Part shown: one piece after another, positions 24,833-32,000 of the stretch | Layout: each line of letters begins with the position of its first letter | Numbering within the stretch: position 1 is the first letter of the stretch | Source of the DNA: Methylorubrum extorquens | GTDB taxonomy: Bacteria > Pseudomonadota > Alphaproteobacteria > Rhizobiales > Beijerinckiaceae | Assembly: GCA_900234795.1 (NCBI GenBank) | Contig: LT962688.1 | Coordinates: forward strand, 4,620,001 to 4,652,000 | Direction: 5' to 3' | DNA length: 32,000 nucleotides | Notes under the pieces: generated by a model | Database searches by the model: none | The model's input: the letters and a program-made list of their open reading frames with translations, nothing else | What the model was told of the DNA's origin: nothing | Program-made: the position numbers and the translations under genes

Positions 24833-26028
24833 TGAGGGCTCGCCAAGGGGCGGCCATGGATGCGTCCGCACCGGCTCCCATCGCCGCGGGGGTCGCGCCA
24901 CGCACCCGCATCGGCGCCATCGATGCCCTGCGCGGGCTCGTGATGCTGCTGATGCTGGTCGATCACGCGCGGGAGTTCTTCTACCTGCACGCCCAGGTCA
25001 GCGATCCGGTGAACCTCGCGGCGACCCCGCCCGGCCTGTTCCTGACGCGGGCCGCCTCGCATTTTTGCGCCCCGGTCTTCCTGCTGCTGACCGGGCTCTC
25101 GGCGAGCCTCTACGGGCAGAAGCACGGCAGCCGCGCCGCGACCTCCGCCTTCCTCATCAAGCGCGGACTCTTCCTGGTCGCCCTTGAAGTGACCCTGGTG
25201 AACCTCGCCTGGACCCGTGCCCTGCTGCCGCCGATCCTCTACCTGCAGGTGATCTGGGCGATCGGTCTCAGCATGATGGCGCTCGCCGCGCTGCTCTGGC
25301 TGCCGCGTCCGGCGCTGATCGGCGTAGGCCTGGCGATCATGCTCGGGCACAACGCGCTCGACGGGATCGTGCTGACGCCCGATCAGCCGGGCTACGCCCT
25401 GTGGGCGGTGCTGCATCAGCGCGGCCTGATCCCGCTGCCCTGGGGCGCGGCGCGCACCTCCTATCCGGTGCTGCCCTGGATCGGCGTGATCACCGCGGGC
25501 TACGCGCTGGGGCCGCTCTACGGCACGGGCGTCGATCCGGGCACGCGCCGCCGACGCCTCGTCGCCCTTGGGCTCGCGAGCCTCGTCGCCTTCGCGATCC
25601 TGCGCGGCCTCAACGGCTACGGTGATCCGCATCCGTGGCAGGCGGGCAAGGATTGGGGCGCGGACGCCCTGTCCTTCGTCAACCTCACCAAGTATCCGCC
25701 CTCGGCCGACTTCCTCCTCGCGACCCTCGGTCCCGGCCTGCTGCTGCTCGCGCTGTTCGAGCGCCTGCCGGAACGGCGTCTAGGCTGGCTCACCGTCTTT
25801 GGCGGGGTGCCGCTGTTCTTCTACCTGCTGCACTTATGGGCCCTGCGCCTGACCTATGACGGCCTTGCCGCCTTCGGCCTTGCGGGTTCCTCCGGCCGGA
25901 TCGAAGTCGGCGCCCCGTTTCAGATCTGGCTGGTCGCGGCGCTGTTCGCGCTGGCCCTCTACCCGGCCTGCCTCTGGATGGTGCGGCTGAAGCGGCGCAG
26001 CCGGTGGCGGGGTCTGAGCTACCTCTGA
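24832..26028 (+). CDS. DUF1624 (heparan-alpha-glucosaminide N-acetyltransferase-like, COG3503) polytopic membrane protein
   Basis: 398 aa. RIGAIDALRGLVMLLMLVDHAREFF and about 9-10 predicted hydrophobic helices. The ATG overlaps the receptor stop (TGATG, 24830-24834). Confidence 0.7.
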   Translation: MRARQGAAMDASAPAPIAAGVAPRTRIGAIDALRGLVMLLMLVDHAREFFYLHAQVSDPVNLAATPPGLFLTRAASHFCAPVFLLLTGLSASLYGQKHGSRAATSAFLIKRGLFLVALEVTLVNLAWTRALLPPILYLQVIWAIGLSMMALAALLWLPRPALIGVGLAIMLGHNALDGIVLTPDQPGYALWAVLHQRGLIPLPWGAARTSYPVLPWIGVITAGYALGPLYGTGVDPGTRRRRLVALGLASLVAFAILRGLNGYGDPHPWQAGKDWGADALSFVNLTKYPPSADFLLATLGPGLLLLALFERLPERRLGWLTVFGGVPLFFYLLHLWALRLTYDGLAAFGLAGSSGRIEVGAPFQIWLVAALFALALYPACLWMVRLKRRSRWRGLSYL

Positions 26029-26043
26029 CCCCGCCCGCGCCGC

Positions 26044-27285
26044 CTACTGATATCCCTTCGGGAACGGGTTCGGCTCGATCAGCTCCGGGCTCTCGTAGAC
26101 CACGTCGAACTGCCCGTCCGGCCGGGCGCGGGCGACGCGGGTCTTGGCCCAGAGGTGATGGTTCTCGTGGATCTTCACGGCGCCTTCCGGTGCGTCCTTG
26201 ATCTCGAGGCCCGGTGAAACGGCGATCACCTTATCGACCTCGAAGGAACCAGCCTTCTCCACCGCCGCCTTCCACAGGAAGGGGCTGAGATAGGCGGCCT
26301 GGGTGATGTCGCCGATGACGGTCTTGTCGCCCCAGCGCTTCTTGAAGGCGGCGACGAAAGCCTCGTTGGCCGGGGTCTTGACCGACTGGAAGTACTTCAT
26401 GCAGCTATAGGCGTCGGCGATGTTCTCGCCGCCGATGCCGTCGACGTCATCCTCGGTCACGGACACCGTCACCAGCGTCTGCTTCTTGAGGTCGATGCCG
26501 GCCGCCTTGAGCTGCTTGTAGAAGGCGACGTTCGAGCCGCCGACGACGGTGGCGAAGATGACGTCCGGCTTCTTGAGCTTGATCTTGTTGATGACCGAGT
26601 TGAACTGCGTGTGCCCGAGCGGGAAGTATTCCTCGCCGACGATCGTGCCCTTGGTCACGTTGGTGATGTGCTTGGTCGCAATCTTGTTGGTGGTGCGCGG
26701 CCAGATATAGTCCGAGCCGACCATGAAGAAGGACTTGGCGCCCTTCTCCTTCGTCACCCAGTCGAGGGCGACGAGCGTCTGCTGGGTCGCCTCCTGGCCG
26801 GTGTAGATCACGTTCTTGGACTGCTCCAGGCCCTCGTAATAGGTCGGGTAGTACAGGAGGCCGTTATACTGCTCGAAGACCGGCAGCACGGCCTTGCGCG
26901 AGGCCGAGGTCACGCAGCCGAACACCGTCGCGCAATGGTCGTTGACGACGAGCTTGCGCGCCTTCTCGGCAAAGGTCGGCCAGTCGGAGGCACCGTCCTC
27001 CTGGATCACCTTCACCGTGCGGCCGAGGATGCCGCCGCTCGCATTGATCTGTTCGATGGCGAGCCTTTCCCCTTGCGTCGCCCCGGTCTCGGACATCGCC
27101 ATGGTGCCGCTGATCGAGTGCAGGATGCCGATGGTCACCTCCTTGTCGGTGACGGCGAGCGCGCCCGCGCCGGTCTGCGCAAGTGCACGTCCGGGCAGGG
27201 CACTTAGCAGCGGAGAGGCGGCAAGGCCGAGCAGAAGCCGGCGGCGGAGATGGAAGTGGGCGTCGTTTCGGTCACGCGAGCGCAT
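26044..27285 (-). CDS. Periplasmic substrate-binding protein, UrtA/FmdD (urea/short-chain amide) family; no cognate permease or ATPase genes in the window
   Basis: Tat-like signal RRRLLLGLAASPLLSALPGRALAQ. IGILHSISGTMAMSE, YYPTYYEGLE, DYIWPRTTN and the C-terminal ...EPNPFPKGYQ are typical of UrtA-type binding proteins. Alternative start at 27312. Confidence 0.85.
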   Translation of the reverse strand: MRSRDRNDAHFHLRRRLLLGLAASPLLSALPGRALAQTGAGALAVTDKEVTIGILHSISGTMAMSETGATQGERLAIEQINASGGILGRTVKVIQEDGASDWPTFAEKARKLVVNDHCATVFGCVTSASRKAVLPVFEQYNGLLYYPTYYEGLEQSKNVIYTGQEATQQTLVALDWVTKEKGAKSFFMVGSDYIWPRTTNKIATKHITNVTKGTIVGEEYFPLGHTQFNSVINKIKLKKPDVIFATVVGGSNVAFYKQLKAAGIDLKKQTLVTVSVTEDDVDGIGGENIADAYSCMKYFQSVKTPANEAFVAAFKKRWGDKTVIGDITQAAYLSPFLWKAAVEKAGSFEVDKVIAVSPGLEIKDAPEGAVKIHENHHLWAKTRVARARPDGQFDVVYESPELIEPNPFPKGYQ

Positions 27286-27306
27286 GTCTCTTCGAATTCC
27301 TTCGAA

Positions 27307-27335
27307 CGTCATTCGGCCAATCGGTCCGAATGACG
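27307..27335. promoter_or_regulatory. Inverted repeat CGTCATTCGG-N9-CCGAATGACG in the leader/upstream region of the binding-protein gene
   Basis: Perfect 10-bp arms at 27307-27316 and 27326-27335, directly upstream of the preferred start codon. Confidence 0.3.
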
Positions 27336-27474
27336 GCCCTGTGGCCGCCAGACGAGGCCGATGCCCCCGTGCGTATTTCGTCTCAGGAAACCGATTTGTA
27401 TCAAGGGGAATTGCTGGGCGGCCTGCCCATATTTCTCGCGATGTGCCGTCCGGCTGGTCGTTTCGGGGTAATCT

Positions 27475-28359
27475 CTACTTTCGGCGCCGGCCGGGGGCGC
27501 ACCCGCTCAAGACCTCGAACACGATCCGGAACACCGCATCCATGCCCGCCGACAGCGCACCGCCGTCCGGGGCAAGCAGGCGCAGGCCGAGTCCTGCGCC
27601 GTTGGGCAGCGGGCTCACGCCGGTCAGGCAGCCCGCCCCGTCAGCCGCCTGCCTCAGATGGAGGCCGGCCAGGCGCGCGTCGTCGGGGGCGCCGAGCACG
27701 ACCATCGTGCCGTAGGCGCGGTGAGGCCCCATCGGTGAATCCGGCGCCGTGAACGCCCTCCCGTCGATGCGGCTGCGCTCCCGCACCAGCGCGCGGCCCT
27801 CGGGGTCACGGATCGTCAGGCCGAGATCGAGCCGGTCGAACGGCCGGTCTTCGCCCGTGGGGTCGTGACAGGCGACGCTCTCGGTGACGATGGCGCGGGC
27901 GCCGGGCTCGGCGGTGATCTCGGTGAAGACAGCGAGATGGGCACCCGGAAACAGGATCAGCGGATCGGGATTGAGCGCCAGGAAGGCATCCGCGGCGATG
28001 GTGAGCCGCGTCTCCTGGCGCGAGGGTTCGGGGCCGCCGCGATGCACGACCGTGCCGGCCTGGGTCGTGACATGGACCCGCGCGCCGGACCGGGCCTGGA
28101 CCGCGAGGGTGAGGTGGTCGGCGGCGTAGAGGCCGCCCGAGGCCGATTGCAGGTAGAGGGTTGCGAGGTCGGGGCTCTCCGGATGCATCCGGAACGCGCG
28201 GGTGATGTGGAACGGGTAGGGCACGACCTGCCGCGACAGCACGGTGGTGCCCCCGCCGCGGGCGAAGACGAGGGACGCCTGCACCCGGCGCCCGACCGGA
28301 GGGGAAGGTGCCTCGGCCGGGGCGGGCTTTTCGGGAAGGCCATCCAGCGACAGGGCCAT
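27475..28359 (-). CDS. ureD: Urease accessory protein UreD/UreH
   Basis: 294 aa. [48 protein letters not shown]. The ATG overlaps the ureG stop (TGATG). Confidence 0.85.
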   Translation of the reverse strand: MALSLDGLPEKPAPAEAPSPPVGRRVQASLVFARGGGTTVLSRQVVPYPFHITRAFRMHPESPDLATLYLQSASGGLYAADHLTLAVQARSGARVHVTTQAGTVVHRGGPEPSRQETRLTIAADAFLALNPDPLILFPGAHLAVFTEITAEPGARAIVTESVACHDPTGEDRPFDRLDLGLTIRDPEGRALVRERSRIDGRAFTAPDSPMGPHRAYGTMVVLGAPDDARLAGLHLRQAADGAGCLTGVSPLPNGAGLGLRLLAPDGGALSAGMDAVFRIVFEVLSGCAPGRRRK

Positions 28360-29003
28360 CAGGGCGCGAACAGCACGGCGCGGCAGATCGCGTCGGCCAC
28401 CGCCTCGACGCCCTCGCCGGAGCGGGCATTGGTGGCGGCCACGGGCTTCGCGCCCCGGACTCGGGCGGCCTCCGCCAGCATGCCGGGCAGATCGACGCCG
28501 ACATGGGGTGCGAGATCGGTCTTGTTGATGACGAGGAGGTCGCAGCGCAGCACGCCGGGGCCGCGCTTTCGCGGGATGTCGTCGCCACCCGCCACGTCGA
28601 TCACGAAGATCCACCAATCGACCAGATCGAGGGAGAAGGTCGAGGCGAGGTTGTCGCCCCCGGACTCGAAGATCAGGAGCTGGAGTCCCGGAAACTTCGC
28701 CTCGAGATCGTCGCCGGCGGCGATGTTGAGGGTCGGGTCCTCGCGGATGACGGTGTGCGGGCAGGCGCCGGCCTCCACCGCCTCGACCCGGGCCGGGTCG
28801 ATCAGCCCGGAGCGGCGCAGGCGCTCGGCATCCTCCTTGGTGACGAGGTCGTTGGTGACGACCGCGAGATCGACGCCGCGGGCCTGAAGCGCCGGGATCA
28901 GCCGCTCGATCAGCGCAGTCTTTCCCGAACCGACCGGGCCGCCGATGCCGATGCGGGCGGCGGTGACGGATTCAGGGAGGGCAGGGGAAGGGGAAGTGGT
29001 CAT
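28359..29003 (-). CDS. ureG: Urease accessory GTPase UreG
   Basis: 214 aa. [32 protein letters not shown]. The ATG overlaps the ureC stop (ATGA, 29000-29003). Confidence 0.95.
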   Translation of the reverse strand: MTTSPSPALPESVTAARIGIGGPVGSGKTALIERLIPALQARGVDLAVVTNDLVTKEDAERLRRSGLIDPARVEAVEAGACPHTVIREDPTLNIAAGDDLEAKFPGLQLLIFESGGDNLASTFSLDLVDWWIFVIDVAGGDDIPRKRGPGVLRCDLLVINKTDLAPHVGVDLPGMLAEAARVRGAKPVAATNARSGEGVEAVADAICRAVLFAP

Positions 29004-30712
29004 CGCAGCATGTAGCGTTGGGCGAGCGGGAGGACGGTGGCGGGCTCGCAGGTGGCGAGTTCCCCGTCCACGAAGACCTCGAAGGTCTGCGGATCGACCC
29101 GGATATCCGGGCAGGCGTCGTTCCAGAGCATGTCGGCTTTGGTCAGCGTGCGGGTGCCGCGGGCCGGCAGCAGGCCTTTGCGAAGGCCAAGGCTCTCGCG
29201 CAGTCCCCCTTCGATGGCGAGCGGGTGGACGAAGCAGGCCGACAGGCCCTGCTTGGCCAGCCCGAACGCGCCCCATTGCGGGCGCATCAGCATCGGCTCA
29301 CAGGTCATCAGGGAGGCCGCGGAATCGCCCATGGCGCCCCAGGCGATGAAGCCGCCCTTGATCACGAGTTCCGGCTTGATGCCGAAGAAGGCCGGGCGCC
29401 AGATCACGATGTCGGCCATCTTGCCGGGCTCCAGCGAGCCGATGTGCTCCTGAATGCCGAAGGTGCGCGCGGCGTTGATCGTGTACTTGGCGATGTAGCG
29501 CTTGATCCGGGCATTGTCGCCGAAGCCCGGCCGTTCCTCCGGCAGGGCGCCGCGCTGGTCCTTCATCTTGGAGGCGAGCTGCCATGTCCGGCAGATCACC
29601 TCGTGGATGCGGCCCATGCCCTGGCTGTCGGAGCCGAGCATCGAGATCGCGCCGATATCGTGCAGCACGTCCTCGGCCGCGATGGTCTGCGCGCGGATGC
29701 GGCTCTCGGCGAAGGCCACGTCCTCCGGCAAAGCCGGGTTGAGGTGGTGGCACACCATCGTCATGTCGAGGTGCTCGTCGAACGTGTTGACCGTGTAGGG
29801 ATTGGTCGGGTTCGTCGAGGAGGGCAGGCAGTGGGGCAGCCCCGCCACGCGGATGATGTCGGGCGCGTGCCCGCCGCCCGCACCCTCGGTATGGTACATG
29901 TGGATCGTGCGGCCGCCGATCGCCGCCAGCGTGTCCTCCACGAAGCCCGACTCGTTGAGCGTGTCGGTGTGGAGCTGGACTTGGAAGTCGTATTCGTCGG
30001 CAAAGCCGAGGCAGGCATCGATCGCCGCCGGCATCGCCCCCCAATCCTCGTGGATCTTGAGGCCGAGCACGCCGGTCTCAAGCTGTTCCTTCAAGGCCGC
30101 CGGCTTGTGGGTGTTGCCCCTTCCCAAAAAACCGAAATTGACGGGCCAGGCTTCCGCCGCTTGGAGCATTTTTCCCGTGTTGAACGGCCCGCCGGAATCG
30201 ATGCCGACGGTGATCGGCCCGAGCGAGCCGCCGAGCAGCGTCGTGATCCCTGAGGCGATGGCGTGATCGGGCAGGCCGGCGGAATCGAAATGCACGTGAA
30301 CGTCGATGGCGCCGGGCGTCGCGATCAGCCCTTCGCAGTCGCGCACCGTGGTGCCGGCCGACACGATCAGGCGCGGATCGACGCCGTCCATGATCGCCGG
30401 ATTGCCGGCCTTGCCGAGGCCGACGATGCGCCCGTCCTTGATGCCGAGATCGCCCTTCACGATGCCGAGGACGGGATCGATGACGAGGACATTGCACAGC
30501 AGGAAATCGAGGGCTCCTTCAGCCGCCGTGACGCCCGGCGCGAGCCCGATGCCATCCCGAAGAGTCTTGCCGCCGCCATGGAGGCACTCGTCGCCGTAGA
30601 CCGCATGGTCGTGCTCGACCACCGCGATGAGCGAGGTGTCGGCGAGCCGCACGCCGTCGCCGGTGGTGGGGCCGTAGAGGGCGGCGTAATCGCGCCTTGG
30701 GATCGTGACCAT
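29000..30712 (-). CDS. ureC: Urease alpha (catalytic) subunit
   Basis: 570 aa. [32 protein letters not shown] and the rest of the canonical urease alpha signature. RBS GGGAGA upstream. Confidence 0.97.
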   Translation of the reverse strand: MVTIPRRDYAALYGPTTGDGVRLADTSLIAVVEHDHAVYGDECLHGGGKTLRDGIGLAPGVTAAEGALDFLLCNVLVIDPVLGIVKGDLGIKDGRIVGLGKAGNPAIMDGVDPRLIVSAGTTVRDCEGLIATPGAIDVHVHFDSAGLPDHAIASGITTLLGGSLGPITVGIDSGGPFNTGKMLQAAEAWPVNFGFLGRGNTHKPAALKEQLETGVLGLKIHEDWGAMPAAIDACLGFADEYDFQVQLHTDTLNESGFVEDTLAAIGGRTIHMYHTEGAGGGHAPDIIRVAGLPHCLPSSTNPTNPYTVNTFDEHLDMTMVCHHLNPALPEDVAFAESRIRAQTIAAEDVLHDIGAISMLGSDSQGMGRIHEVICRTWQLASKMKDQRGALPEERPGFGDNARIKRYIAKYTINAARTFGIQEHIGSLEPGKMADIVIWRPAFFGIKPELVIKGGFIAWGAMGDSAASLMTCEPMLMRPQWGAFGLAKQGLSACFVHPLAIEGGLRESLGLRKGLLPARGTRTLTKADMLWNDACPDIRVDPQTFEVFVDGELATCEPATVLPLAQRYMLR

Positions 30713-30727
30713 GTTTCCGCGTCTCCC

Positions 30728-31423
30728 TCAGGCGCCCTTGAAGCCACAGGCCTTGGCGCGCGCCAGCGCGTCGGCGCGGGCCGCGTCGGTGTCGAGTTTG
30801 CCCTGTGTCAGGTTGTTGAGGCCGGTGAGTTCCTTGGCGCCGCCGAAGCCCGTGAGCGTCACCGTCTTGCGCTGGCCCGGCTCGAACCGCACCGCCGTGC
30901 CCGCCGGGATGTCGAGGCGAAAGCCCAGCGCCTTGGCACGGTCGAAATCGAGCGCCCGGTTGACCTCGAAGAAGTGGTAGTGCGAGCCGATCTGAACCGG
31001 CCGGTCGCCGGTGTTGACGACATCGAGGCTCACCCGCGGGCGCCCGGCACCAAGCTCGATCTCGCCCTCCGCCGGCAGGATCGCGCCGGGTTCGAGGGTG
31101 TCGGGCTCCGCCCCTTCCGCAGGTCGGATCGGCTCGTGTACGGTGACGAGCTTGGTGCCGTCGGGGAAGACGCACTCGACCTGCAGGATCGGCATCATCG
31201 AGGCCACGCCCGGCATCACGTCACCGGTGGTCAGGATGGTCGAACCCCAGCCGATCAGGTCGGCGACGGTGCGCCCGTCGCGAGCCCCCTCCAGGATCTC
31301 GTCGGTGATGATCGCCACGGCTTCCGGGTAGTTCAGCTTGAGCCCCCGCGCCCGCCGCTTGCGGGCGAGTTCGGCGGCGGTGAAGATCGTGAGCCGTTCG
31401 AGTTCGGTCGGCGTCAGCAGCAT
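30728..31423 (-). CDS. ureAB: Fused urease gamma-beta subunit (UreA-UreB fusion)
   Basis: 231 aa. Gamma-type N-terminus [11 protein letters not shown]...[21 protein letters not shown] is joined through a short linker to a beta-type region [35 protein letters not shown]. Confidence 0.9.
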   Translation of the reverse strand: MLLTPTELERLTIFTAAELARKRRARGLKLNYPEAVAIITDEILEGARDGRTVADLIGWGSTILTTGDVMPGVASMMPILQVECVFPDGTKLVTVHEPIRPAEGAEPDTLEPGAILPAEGEIELGAGRPRVSLDVVNTGDRPVQIGSHYHFFEVNRALDFDRAKALGFRLDIPAGTAVRFEPGQRKTVTLTGFGGAKELTGLNNLTQGKLDTDAARADALARAKACGFKGA

Positions 31424-32000
31424 CGGCGCGGCTCCTTCAATTCGCGAACAGGCGGAGTTCGGCCTGGGCTTGGCGCATGGCGGCAATCTCGATCAGCGGG
31501 GGTGAAGCCGGTGAGTTCGATGGTGCCCGCCGGTTCCGGCACGGGCTGCTCCAGCAGTTCGGCGATCAGCGGCAGCGCGCCCCCCAGCACCCTTTGCGCC
31601 TCGATCGCCCCGATGGCGCCGAGCCGCACCGCGGCCGAGGTGAGCCCGCTGGCAAAGAGATAGCCGGAGACGGATGCGGCGGTACGCTCGTCGAGGCCGA
31701 GTGCCGGCCACAGCGCGCCTTGCACGGTGGGAAGATGCCCGAGCAGCCGGCCCGCCCGCACGGAAGCGCGCAGGTCGGCGGCGCCTGGCGTGCCAAGGCG
31801 GGCGTGCGAGGCCAGCAGCGAGGCACCGTTGCGGCGGCTGCCGACCCGCATCGGCTCGGCCAGTGAGGCCGCCTCGACCGCCGCGTCGATGGCCGCGAGG
31901 CGTTCGATGGCGCCGCCGGCTCGGTGGGCCAGGATCAGCGCGACCCGGTCGGTCTCGGCCCAGCGGAAGCGCAGGGCCGCCGCGACGGTGCGGGCGAGCG
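31414..32000 (-). CDS. ureF: Urease accessory protein UreF, 5' end outside the window; apparent frameshift near the 3' end
   Basis: The frame is open to the window edge (…[23 protein letters not shown]… [18 protein letters not shown]…). The canonical UreF C-terminus ([20 protein letters not shown], stop at 31437-31439) is found in the +1 frame after a C5 run (G5 on the plus strand, 31498-31502). The uninterrupted ORF instead ends at 31414. Confidence 0.75.
   Translation of the reverse strand, partial: LARTVAAALRFRWAETDRVALILAHRAGGAIERLAAIDAAVEAASLAEPMRVGSRRNGASLLASHARLGTPGAADLRASVRAGRLLGHLPTVQGALWPALGLDERTAASVSGYLFASGLTSAAVRLGAIGAIEAQRVLGGALPLIAELLEQPVPEPAGTIELTGFTPADRDCRHAPSPGRTPPVRELKEPRRCC

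Noticed and set aside
22118-24901. 927-aa minus-strand ORF opposite the TonB-dependent receptor
   Set aside because: Shadow ORF. The plus-strand frame has the plug and barrel motifs and the terminal Phe.
27330-27470. Search for a sigma-54 (-24 GG / -12 GC) promoter upstream of the UrtA-like gene
   Set aside because: The best candidate (GGGCAGGCCGCCCAGCA on the minus strand) has the wrong GG-GC spacing by one nucleotide and poor flanks.
1-32000. Looked for CRISPR arrays, tRNA/rRNA genes, transposases or integrases, and phage or defence-island hallmarks
   Set aside because: I found no regularly spaced direct repeats, cloverleaf-like sequences or DDE/tyrosine-recombinase-like ORFs. The only mobile-like features are the two nested inverted-repeat elements.

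Overview
High-GC (roughly 68-70%) alphaproteobacterial chromosomal segment. The gene content suggests a Methylobacterium/Methylorubrum-like methylotroph, but that is inference only. The core (about 2.2-20.6 kb) is an oxalate-catabolism island. It holds a GntR/FCD regulator, two formyl-CoA transferase paralogues (frc), two tandem OFA-family oxalate:formate antiporter paralogues (oxlT-like) and oxalyl-CoA decarboxylase (oxc). Several unexpected genes are interleaved: a secreted copper-radical (glyoxal/galactose-oxidase-like) oxidase fused to tectonin-like repeats, a CBS-pair protein, a 97-aa protein followed by a 618-aa zeta-toxin-like P-loop protein, a PAS-only protein, an OsmC/NTF2-like pair, and two small ORFs that automatic callers would probably miss. 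A TCTGGTAT-core palindrome recurs in seven intergenic regions of this island and looks like the operator of a GntR/FadR-type regulon. Downstream lie a DUF2778 (L,D-transpeptidase-fold) protein and a cobalamin riboswitch driving a siderophore-type TonB-dependent receptor that is translationally coupled to a DUF1624 membrane protein. After these come an orphan UrtA/FmdD-type binding protein and a compact urease cluster, ureF-ureAB(fused)-ureC-ureG-ureD. This cluster has no ureE in the window, and ureF appears frameshifted in a C5 run. The left edge carries the 3' part of a PBP5-type DD-carboxypeptidase and a His-rich COG0523 GTPase. I found no tRNA/rRNA genes, CRISPR arrays or transposases. Two nested inverted-repeat (REP/MITE-like) elements are present. 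Many long ORFs in the track are antisense artefacts of the high GC content and were rejected. All function calls rest on motif recognition by eye, without database searches.
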